From: Desulfosudaceae bacterium
GTDB taxonomy: Bacteria > Desulfobacterota > Desulfobacteria > Desulfobacterales > Desulfosudaceae
Direction: 5' to 3'
DNA length: 64,000 bases
NCBI GenBank assembly: GCA_963674745.2
Contig: CAXXDV010000001.1
Coordinates: 544,001 to 608,000 of the forward strand
This document shows positions 18,470-26,697 of the stretch, piece after piece. Below the pieces are notes generated by a model that saw only the letters and a list, made by a program, of their open reading frames with translations, was not told the origin of the DNA and searched no databases. The position numbers and the translations under genes were made by a program. The stretch's first letter is position 1, and every line of letters starts with the position of its first letter.

Positions 18470-19876
18470 ATGAGTTATGACGCTTTATTTGAACCGATTC
18501 AGATCGGCGATATCGAGTTAAAAAATCGGATCGCCATGGCACCCATGAATATGGGCTATACCGGTCCCAACGGTTATCACAGCGATCAGGGTACTGCCTG
18601 GTATGCCATGAGGGCGCGGGGCGGGTTCGGTCTGATTATTACCGAGTGTGTGGTCATGAACCCCCACCGGTGGGGGGGACAGGAGTGCTTAAACCCTTCT
18701 CTGCTGATCGATGAGCGGTATTACCGCTTTCACAGCGAGCTGACAGAAATACTTCACCATTTTTCCGGCTGCAAGGTCTGCATCCAGTTAAGCCCCGGGT
18801 GGGGAAGGCAAGGGCATCCTCATGCGGAATCAAGGGACTGTCCGGCAGGGGCGCCTTCAGCCATCCCCATGGAAACGGACTTGCGCAACCTGAACAAGGG
18901 CTGGGAGACCCAGATCAGGCGGTTGGCCCGGGAAGCCGGCGGTAAGGAAATGGAAGGTATTGTCCCTGACTTTACCCAGGTAAGCCAGATGAATGAAGAA
19001 GAGTACGCCGGATTCAAGACCTGGGCCCTGGAAATGATCAAAGGTATAGCCCCTGAAATGGTTCACGTTATTTGCGGCGATACCCCCCGGGAAATGACCA
19101 TAGAAGAAATCGTCGATCTTGAAGACCGATTCGCGGTGCAGGCCCAGGCCGCTTACAAGCTGGGTTACGACGCCCTGGAAATTCACGCGCCTCACGGCTA
19201 TCTGCTGCACCAGTTTCTGTCCCCGCGTTCCAACCACCGGCACGATGCCTACGGCGGAAGCATTGAGAACAGGGCCCGGTTTCTGACCAATATCATCACC
19301 AAGACACGAGAAAAAATCGGCCCGGAAAAAGCCCTTGGCGTTCGGCTTTCCGGTGACGAATTAATGCCAGGCGGCATTGAACATGAAGAAGTCAAACAGA
19401 TCGTAGCGCTGTGCAAAGACGCCGGGGGCAATTTTCTGAATGTCTCTCAGGGTTCCTATGAAAATCCGGCAGCCGCGTTTGCACCGGACGGGGAAGACGA
19501 ATTCACCCGCTGGGCACCGGGATTCAAAGAAGCTTCGGGCGGACTGCCGGTAATTACACCGAACTTTATCAATCCTGAGACCGCTGAAAAAGCGATCACT
19601 TCCGGTAAAACAGACATTGTCTCCCTGGGGCGCCAGGCCATTGCCGATCCTTTCTGGCCGGTAAAAGTAAAAGAAGGGCGTGTTGACGATATTGTGAAAT
19701 GTGCCAGGTGTCAGCGGTGCTACATGGACTTGATGACGGCCAACTGGGCCCGCTGCTCGGTCAATCCCATTGCCGGCAAAGAAAAATATTACACGGAACT
19801 GTTTCTGGATACGCCGAAACTGGCCAAGAAAGTGGACCGGTTTAAGTCCAGAATATCAGGTCTTCCCCAGATATAA
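18470..19876 (+). CDS. NADH:flavin oxidoreductase (old yellow enzyme family) with C-terminal Fe-S motif
   Basis: LKNRIAMAPM, EIHAPHGYLLHQFLSP, DAYGGSIENRARF, CARCQRC...CSVN. Confidence 0.88.
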   Translation: MSYDALFEPIQIGDIELKNRIAMAPMNMGYTGPNGYHSDQGTAWYAMRARGGFGLIITECVVMNPHRWGGQECLNPSLLIDERYYRFHSELTEILHHFSGCKVCIQLSPGWGRQGHPHAESRDCPAGAPSAIPMETDLRNLNKGWETQIRRLAREAGGKEMEGIVPDFTQVSQMNEEEYAGFKTWALEMIKGIAPEMVHVICGDTPREMTIEEIVDLEDRFAVQAQAAYKLGYDALEIHAPHGYLLHQFLSPRSNHRHDAYGGSIENRARFLTNIITKTREKIGPEKALGVRLSGDELMPGGIEHEEVKQIVALCKDAGGNFLNVSQGSYENPAAAFAPDGEDEFTRWAPGFKEASGGLPVITPNFINPETAEKAITSGKTDIVSLGRQAIADPFWPVKVKEGRVDDIVKCARCQRCYMDLMTANWARCSVNPIAGKEKYYTELFLDTPKLAKKVDRFKSRISGLPQI

Positions 19877-20075
19877 TAAACGTTTGCCGAAAGCAAAACC
19901 GGAAAATGCCCGGGCCCTGAGCGAAGTCGTCGTCAGATGGGGTTATTATTAATTCCATGATAGGGATATCACATTCCTCAGGTTCAGCGGAAGAAAAGTT
20001 ATGGAGTATCGGCGGAGAAAATCAGGTCTTGCTGTATTTAGACCGTAAGGAAGATATAAGCCGATAGGAGGTGTT

Positions 20076-21449
20076 ATGAAGAACACGCATATACTAATGA
20101 TTGGGAAATATTTTTTATTCATATCAGCCACTCTGTTTTTTTTCGCCGTAGCCGCCAGCGCCATGGAAAATGACATTGGCATGACAGCACAGGTCATCAT
20201 AGAGGAAAGCGTTGCCGCTTTGTGGCTCGGCAATTCTTTCAGCCCGCAATTGGAAAAGGAACAGCAGTCTTTGAGAAATATTCTTGAAAACCGTTCAATA
20301 ACCGGGGCTGAACTTGAGAGAATTGTCGCCAGGACAATGCTTTCCATATTAAATTCACAAAAAACCAGCAGATATAATTTACGTGAAATGTACAAAGGCG
20401 TCGAGGAACTGCTTGCGCCTTATATGAAAAGGGGGGAATTAAGAAAGATTGTCTGGCACCAGTTATCATCACAGTTCGGGGAAGGGAGACAATTTAATGT
20501 TAAGGTGGGAACTCTTGCTCCGGTTGGTACCCCATGGCTTGTTCTCCCCGAGAGACTGGTCGCTGAAATACAAGAATTAAGCGGCAATAAGGTTATCTTT
20601 AAGATTTATTCAGGCGGTGTCATGGGCGAGGATGTTGATGTCTTAAGAAAAATGGATATGGGCCAACTCGACGGCTGCGGTTGCACGGCGATGGGAATAT
20701 TAAAAGCAGCTCCCGAGGCGTACGTTTTTCTTCTGCCTGGGCTGTTCCGTAATTATGAAGAAATCGATTTTGTCCTAAATAAGTTCAGAAAAATGATAGA
20801 CAGGACTTTTGAGGAAAAAGGATATATGCTTGCCGCCCTGGTTGACACCGGCAATTTTTATCTGTTTTCAAGATTCAAAACAGACAACCTGGCCGGGATA
20901 AAAAAAAACAAAACAATAACGACGTTTGGGGTCATTGAAACCGAATTGTTTGATGAACTCGGGATCCATGCCATCCCAATTTCGATACCAGAGATAATAC
21001 CGTCCTTAAACACGGGCATTGCTGATACCGTCGTAGCCCCGGCTTCATGGATGCTGGGGATGCAAGCTTATCAATACGTAAATTGCTTCATCAAGGAACC
21101 GTTGTTTTATTCACCCGCAGCCGTCATTGTAAGTGCCAAAATTAAGGACAAGTTGCAGAGAGATATCAATTTGTCGGAGACGGTTGCACATAACATAACG
21201 GAGCTGACCATTTTTGAATTCATCTCTCTTGAAAAAGATTGGAAGGCCCAGACAAGGCATTATGAGAAAAAATGTCTTGAAGCCTTTATTTACAAGGTGG
21301 GGATGAGACCCTTGGTGCTTCCCCCGGAAGACAGGGCGGTTATTGAACAGGCCGGGAAAAAGGTCTGGGAAAAACTCGCCGGCGACGTTTGTCCCCGGGA
21401 ACTCCTGAATGATATCCTGCGGGCTCTTGAGGAATATCGACGGAATTAA
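20076..21449 (+). CDS. TRAP transporter substrate-binding protein (DctP-like) with extra N-terminal domain, copy 1
   Basis: Signal peptide, about 110-aa extension, KVGTLAPVGTPW, YSGGVMGE, GQLDG. Confidence 0.8.
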   Translation: MKNTHILMIGKYFLFISATLFFFAVAASAMENDIGMTAQVIIEESVAALWLGNSFSPQLEKEQQSLRNILENRSITGAELERIVARTMLSILNSQKTSRYNLREMYKGVEELLAPYMKRGELRKIVWHQLSSQFGEGRQFNVKVGTLAPVGTPWLVLPERLVAEIQELSGNKVIFKIYSGGVMGEDVDVLRKMDMGQLDGCGCTAMGILKAAPEAYVFLLPGLFRNYEEIDFVLNKFRKMIDRTFEEKGYMLAALVDTGNFYLFSRFKTDNLAGIKKNKTITTFGVIETELFDELGIHAIPISIPEIIPSLNTGIADTVVAPASWMLGMQAYQYVNCFIKEPLFYSPAAVIVSAKIKDKLQRDINLSETVAHNITELTIFEFISLEKDWKAQTRHYEKKCLEAFIYKVGMRPLVLPPEDRAVIEQAGKKVWEKLAGDVCPRELLNDILRALEEYRRN

Positions 21450-21506
21450 CATAAAAGGAATCAAGTGCAAAACAACCTAAGCCTTTCCCTATATAAGGAT
21501 GAAAAT

Positions 21507-21623
21507 ATGAGCGATGAAAGAACTTATAAAAGCACATGCCGGATTTGCCACCGCGGATGCGGGGTGCTGATGCATGTCGAGGACAGGGTTGTCAAAATCA
21601 AAGGCGACACAAATTCTCCCCTG
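21507..21623 (+). pseudogene. Mo-bisPGD oxidoreductase remnant, 5' part
   Basis: MSDERTYKSTCRICHRGCGVLMHVEDRVVKIKGDTNSPL, homologous to the N-terminus of 9183-11480. Confidence 0.85.
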
Positions 21624-22135
21624 TTCGACGACATTAGAAAGAGAGAGATGAGAGCACTAACCTTTGGATTTTTTTTGGTGTTTATACTCACCACATGCGC
21701 ATACGCGGATGACACCAAAGACTTAAATCAGATGGGGATTCCGGGGGGAATGGCTGGTTGTTTTGGCACCGTTCAGTCTGAGGTTCTGCAGGTCTTTTTG
21801 GCCGAAGACAATGGTGCGCGATTCAGGGCCTATCAAGTGAAATGGAAGGGCCAGGACATAATAGTCTCAGATATGTTTGGCACAACTGACTTCAAAGAGG
21901 GTGATATCATCACGTTCATGGCCCAAAACATCGAAGTCCCGGCTAACGGCAAAAAACTGAAGATGCTTCAGTTCATGATCATGGACACGAGCGCTTTTGC
22001 TCCGGAACAGTAGGGCGTCGAACAACACGTTGGTAAGGGACCGCAATGGGCGGCCGGTTTCGGCTCTTGCCAACTGCTTTTATTAACGAGTTTTTGCGGG
22101 TGGCCCGTTCCCCTTGCGCCCCCAAACCTTGAACG
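21624..22135 (+). mobile_element. Integron-type gene cassette inserted at a secondary site
   Basis: Left junction G|TTCGACG; complementary CGTCGAAC just after the ORF stop; long imperfect hairpin ending TTGAACG|. The host gene resumes in frame after 22135. Confidence 0.75.
21648..22013 (+). CDS. Hypothetical exported protein (cassette-borne)
   Basis: MRALTFGFFLVFILTTCAYA signal peptide; 121 aa beta-rich body. Confidence 0.65.
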   Translation: MRALTFGFFLVFILTTCAYADDTKDLNQMGIPGGMAGCFGTVQSEVLQVFLAEDNGARFRAYQVKWKGQDIIVSDMFGTTDFKEGDIITFMAQNIEVPANGKKLKMLQFMIMDTSAFAPEQ

Positions 22136-22234
22136 AACAAAGGCCGCCTGTGCCCCAAGGGAATGGTCAGGATTGAACACCTTTATCATCCGGACACCGC
22201 TGCGAAATATGGTATTCAAAAGGAGAACAAATGA
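22136..22234 (+). pseudogene. Mo-bisPGD oxidoreductase remnant, 3' part
   Basis: NKGRLCPKGMVRIEHLYHPDTAAKYGIQKENK*, supplying the fourth Fe-S Cys and then a C-terminal-domain-like HPDTAAKYGI. Confidence 0.8.
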
Positions 22235-23064
22235 CCCTATTCAATCTGTCCGGCAGAGTAGCCCTGGTTACGGGGGCTTCACGAGGATTGGGCCGGGCAA
22301 TATCGGTTGCCCTGGCCGAAGCCGGGGCTGATGTCGTCCTGACGGACATACTTGTTGAAGACGCCTTTGATTCACGGGAAATGTCCGGGTACAGCCCGCT
22401 GGCGGCTTTTTTTTCGCAGACGGACGGGGTGTATACGAAATCAACCGCTGAAGATATCCGGTTATCGGGACGGCGTAGCATGGCGCTGCGGATGGATGTC
22501 ACTTCGCCGGATGAAATACGGGATGTCATCGCACGCGTCAAGGATGAACTCGGCCCGGTCGACATCCTGGTAAACAACGCCGTTATCATGGACAATTTCG
22601 GCCTGATCGAAAAGCAGCGTCCCGACTTGTGGGAGCGGGATCTCAAGGTGAACCTCACCGGAGCTTTTAATTGTATTCAGGCGGTTTGGCCGGACATGAA
22701 AGAACGCCAATGGGGCCGGATAGTAAATATCTCCTCATTCGTGGCCATTATGGGGGCTTTTGCCCAGCCCAGTTACGGGGCGTCAAAGGCTGGACTTCTC
22801 GGCCTTACCAGGTCGATGGCCCTGGAGGGTGCCCGCAGTGGCATAACCGCCAACGCGATTCTGCCCGGGTTTATCCAAACCGAAGCGGTCAAACTGCATG
22901 ATCCGGGGAAACTGGAGCGGATAACGGCCCGCTGCCCTATGCAACGCCTGGGCCATCCTGAAGAAGTGGCATCCCTGGCGGTATTCCTGGCATCTGATGC
23001 GGCAGCCTATATTACCGGTGCCGCTATTCCTGTGACAGGAGGAATGGACCTGTTTCATTTTTGA
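22231..23064 (+). CDS. Classical short-chain dehydrogenase/reductase (3-oxoacyl/3-hydroxyacyl-CoA type)
   Basis: TGASRGLG, LVNNA, NISS, YGASK, PVTGG. Confidence 0.92.
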   Translation: MTLFNLSGRVALVTGASRGLGRAISVALAEAGADVVLTDILVEDAFDSREMSGYSPLAAFFSQTDGVYTKSTAEDIRLSGRRSMALRMDVTSPDEIRDVIARVKDELGPVDILVNNAVIMDNFGLIEKQRPDLWERDLKVNLTGAFNCIQAVWPDMKERQWGRIVNISSFVAIMGAFAQPSYGASKAGLLGLTRSMALEGARSGITANAILPGFIQTEAVKLHDPGKLERITARCPMQRLGHPEEVASLAVFLASDAAAYITGAAIPVTGGMDLFHF

Positions 23065-23162
23065 ACGAGAAGCATACACATATAGCGCAAAAAAGTTGCC
23101 GAGAATAATCGTCTGTCTCATCGTTATGCTGTCAGAAGACACAAAGGGTTCTGCGTTCCTCG

Positions 23163-23191
23163 TTGACACCCCATCATCGCATGGATATAGT
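23163..23191 (+). promoter_or_regulatory. sigma70 promoter for the MerR-TetR pair
   Basis: TTGACA, 17 bp, TATAGT. Confidence 0.65.
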
Positions 23192-23278
23192 GCATTGTGA
23201 TAAAACAGGAAGAAAATTCCGTATACAGATCCTCTGAACCATGAATTGAAGGCAGAACGCGTGTCGCAGAAAAAACTG

Positions 23279-24106
23279 ATGAAAATATCGGAATTAGGTG
23301 AAAAGACCGGGGCAGCAGCTTCGACCATACGGTTTTATGTCAAGCAGGGCCTCCTTCGCGAACCGATCCGAAAAGGCAGGACCGTCGCCTATTACTCTCC
23401 CCTGCATGTCGAGCAACTCAAATACATACTCGCCCTTAAAAAGAAGAACAAATTTACTTTACATGAGATAAAACAACGGGTTGCCGACAAATTCAAGGAC
23501 ACGCCGGATGATGATCCCGGAAGGCCGTTTATCGGAAAACAGGAAGAGATTATCAGGGCGTCCGTCGATCTTTTCCTCAATAAAGGTTATCATGACACAA
23601 CTATAACCGATATTGTTGATAACGCCGGTATCGGCCGGGGCACATTTTACGCTTATTTTGCCAACAAGGAGGAACTTTTCTGGGAATGCGCCGATAAACT
23701 GTTCAAGGATCTTGACACGCATTTTAATATTATAAAAAACGAAGGCGATGTGCTTTCCCGGTTGAAACGCCGGGCTTACGAGTTTCTGTTAACCTTTCCC
23801 ACCTTGATCAATCTGATCAACATTATCAGGGGGGCGGCAGTAAGCGATTCTGAAATATTTAAGGAAAAGCTTAATATAATGATGCGGCAATTGGTGGCAC
23901 CGATTGTCAATGACCTTGATATCGGTATGCGAAATAATGAAATCAGAGATACTGACAGTACCGTATTAGGACATATCTTAATGGGTGCGGCGGAATATAT
24001 CTCATATTATGCTTATGAACTCGAATTCAACCTGGACAATGACCGGTTTCTGGCCTTGTTCCAGGAAGGATGGGACATGATCTATTATGGCGCCCAAAAA
24101 GATTAA
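23279..24106 (+). CDS. MerR-HTH/TetR fusion regulator, copy 1
   Basis: MKISELGEKTG..STIRFYVKQGLL (MerR HTH) then IIRASVDLFLNKGY..IGRGTFYAYF (TetR HTH). Start may be 23246-23279. Confidence 0.85.
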   Translation: MKISELGEKTGAAASTIRFYVKQGLLREPIRKGRTVAYYSPLHVEQLKYILALKKKNKFTLHEIKQRVADKFKDTPDDDPGRPFIGKQEEIIRASVDLFLNKGYHDTTITDIVDNAGIGRGTFYAYFANKEELFWECADKLFKDLDTHFNIIKNEGDVLSRLKRRAYEFLLTFPTLINLINIIRGAAVSDSEIFKEKLNIMMRQLVAPIVNDLDIGMRNNEIRDTDSTVLGHILMGAAEYISYYAYELEFNLDNDRFLALFQEGWDMIYYGAQKD

Positions 24107-24980
24107 CACACGAAATTCAAAAACCTATTACCGGATTTCCGAGATCTCGCGTATAAGCGGGGTGCCGTCCCAGACGATTCACTATTACGTCCGGGAAGGG
24201 CTGCTGCTGCCGCCGGTCAAGACCAGCAAAACCATGGCGTATTACAGCGAAGATCACCTGGAAAGGCTGTATTTCATAAAAAAACAACAGATCGAGTCAA
24301 AACAGCGCTTAAAGGAGATCAAGCAAAGACTGGCCGATGACTTGCCGGCTGCTGCTCCGGAAGACCATAGGGACAAAGAGGGGCCGTTACCTTTCGCGCA
24401 ACAAAAAGAAACAATCCTTCAAACCGCCATTAATCTGTTCACGCAAAAGGGATACGCGGAAACCAGCATTACCGATATTGTTAATACAGCCGGTGTCGGG
24501 CGCGGAACGTATTACCAGCTTTTCAAAGACAAGGAGGATTTGCTGCTGGAATGCGCGGACCGTGTTTTCTTCGAGCTTTACAGTCATGTCTGGGAAAAAT
24601 TGCAAAATGAAACAGATATGATGAAACGGTTACAGATTCGATTTGAAGCGTATATAAAGAGTCACCCCAGGTGGCGGGACATGATGGATATTATTAAAAG
24701 CCTGGCCAGCACAAATAACCAAAAAGGCGTCCAGAAACACAGGGAAATCCTGCAGCAGATAACCCGGCCCATTGCCCGGGAAATTGACAGGGCAGCCCGA
24801 CAGCAGAAAATCCCGGGGGGCAACGACACCTTCGGCACTATGGCGGCATACATGCTTCTGGGTGCCAGCGACTATTGTGCCCGGCTGCATTTTGAACAGG
24901 GTCATGACATAAACCTGTTGTTTGATCATATCACCCAGTTGGTGTTTGAAGGGATCCGATATAGATCCCGATCTTCCTGA
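24087..24980 (+). CDS. MerR-HTH/TetR fusion regulator, copy 2
   Basis: YRISEISRISGV..QTIHYYVREGLL then ILQTAINLFTQKGY..VGRGTYYQLF. Confidence 0.85.
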   Translation: MAPKKINTRNSKTYYRISEISRISGVPSQTIHYYVREGLLLPPVKTSKTMAYYSEDHLERLYFIKKQQIESKQRLKEIKQRLADDLPAAAPEDHRDKEGPLPFAQQKETILQTAINLFTQKGYAETSITDIVNTAGVGRGTYYQLFKDKEDLLLECADRVFFELYSHVWEKLQNETDMMKRLQIRFEAYIKSHPRWRDMMDIIKSLASTNNQKGVQKHREILQQITRPIAREIDRAARQQKIPGGNDTFGTMAAYMLLGASDYCARLHFEQGHDINLLFDHITQLVFEGIRYRSRSS

Positions 24981-25227
24981 GCCGACCCCCTAAAACGGAT
25001 CCGGTTTTTATGATAAAAAAGGCTGGCAACTACCGAAAGGAGTTAGGGGATATGGCAAAGAAAACTGCCGTGGAGAAGGTCGACCGGTTGCTTCGTCAGG
25101 TCGAAATACTTCATCGATGGGTAACGCTACATGGTTTCTGTTCTGCTTTATTCGTTGTGATGCCAGCTATCTTTTTTTTATGGCCTTGTCCGGAAGGTCA
25201 CGCTCATGAATATTTCCTGTCTGTTCT

Positions 25228-26622
25228 TTATGGATGCGTTTTCCTGTATTCCTCGAGCGCTTTGGTCATGTCGCGAACCAGGTCAGCCGGGAAAACCTTG
25301 CCGGACAGCTTCTGCTGAACGGCTTTGCCTGCCGCTTCAAGCTTTTTCAGGTCTTCGGGAGGCAGCGTGATGGCCTTCATGCCGCACCTGGTCTCGAATG
25401 CCTTCAGGCTTTTTTCTTCAAAGATTCTGATCTGGCGCCTCCACCCCTTCTCCAGGGCGATAATTTCAGCAATGACAATTTCCTGAATGTTATAGGCGAA
25501 CACCGCTGATATGCCGAGCTGTTGCTGGATTCTGCCGATCGTGCTGGCTTTGGAAACCACGACTCCCGGTGAATAGACCAACGGTGGTATGATGTAATAG
25601 TTCATGAATTGATAGGCCTGCATACCCAGCACCCATGCCGGGGGCGCCAGGTTCAGGTCGGTCTTGCCGGTGTTAAGTGACGCGACAACATCGGGGACCG
25701 GAACCGGTGTGGCATTTATCCCCAGTTCCTCATAGAGGGGTGCTTCGATAATACCAAACCATGTCATTGCTTCTTGTTTGGCAATATCCGCCAGGCCGGG
25801 TGTTTTGTACTTTGAAAATAAATAGAAAAAGCCGGTGTCAAATAGTGCCCACAGGGTATAACCGTTCTTTTCAAACCCTTCATCCAGCTGCTTTCGGAAT
25901 TTTTCAAAGATATAATCGACTTCATCATAGTTATTAAACAAACCGGGCAGCAGCAGGGCCGATGCTTCCGGGCAGCTCGCCAGCACACCCAGGGCGGTGC
26001 AGCCGCAGGCGTCGAGCTGCCCGGCATCCATTTTATCGAGGATTTCCTCATCATCCCCCATAACACCGCCCCCGTAAATTTTGATCTGAATTTTTCTTTC
26101 GCTTAATTTTTCTATTTCCGGAAAGGCAATCGTTTCCGGCACACTGAGCCAGGGTGTACCCGGCGGCGCCAGGGTGCCGACTTTATATAATACGGGGTCG
26201 TCTTTGGTGATCACGGATGAAAGCGCCCGCCACAATACGGCTTTTATCGTTTTCCAGTCCAGGTGCGGGAGAAGAAGATCGTTGAAGCGGTCCGGAAAAT
26301 TCACTACGGCATACCGTGATGTTTTATGGCGCTCCAACAAAGACAGGAACATCGTCTCCAGCATGCCTTCCAGCTGAACCTCATTAACGGCACCGGTAGC
26401 CAGCATTGTTTTCAAAAACTGTTGCCGCTGCAGTAACCCCGGATCGGTTTCCCCGCCCACCCACATCGTTTCAAGACTTTCCCGCATTATGTCTTGAAAT
26501 GATTTGATGTTGTCATCAGCGCCGGTGACGCCAGGCGGCAGTCCGATGGTGATGATCATGAAAACAGAACAAAACAACCATCTCTTCATAACAATCCCGG
26601 TTCTGATATCAAGTAAGGCCAT
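25228..26622 (-). CDS. TRAP DctP-like binding protein with extra N-terminal domain, copy 2
   Basis: AGGAGG RBS, signal peptide, KVGTLAPPGTPW, YGGGVMGD, GQLDACGC. Confidence 0.8.
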   Translation of the reverse strand: MALLDIRTGIVMKRWLFCSVFMIITIGLPPGVTGADDNIKSFQDIMRESLETMWVGGETDPGLLQRQQFLKTMLATGAVNEVQLEGMLETMFLSLLERHKTSRYAVVNFPDRFNDLLLPHLDWKTIKAVLWRALSSVITKDDPVLYKVGTLAPPGTPWLSVPETIAFPEIEKLSERKIQIKIYGGGVMGDDEEILDKMDAGQLDACGCTALGVLASCPEASALLLPGLFNNYDEVDYIFEKFRKQLDEGFEKNGYTLWALFDTGFFYLFSKYKTPGLADIAKQEAMTWFGIIEAPLYEELGINATPVPVPDVVASLNTGKTDLNLAPPAWVLGMQAYQFMNYYIIPPLVYSPGVVVSKASTIGRIQQQLGISAVFAYNIQEIVIAEIIALEKGWRRQIRIFEEKSLKAFETRCGMKAITLPPEDLKKLEAAGKAVQQKLSGKVFPADLVRDMTKALEEYRKTHP

Positions 26623-26697
26623 GTTTCCCTCCTGGATGTATGATAAACTGAAAAACAGATTTTCACTGTCGTGACCGGATAGGCCAAAATAAGCCGG

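Noticed and set aside
21465..22013. 182-aa ORF as a single gene
   Set aside because: It is an in-frame chimera of a molybdoenzyme remnant and a cassette ORF with its own ATG and signal peptide.
25010..25318. 102-aa plus-strand ORF
   Set aside because: It overlaps the 3' end of DctP copy 2 and has no recognisable family, despite an RBS-like AGGAG.
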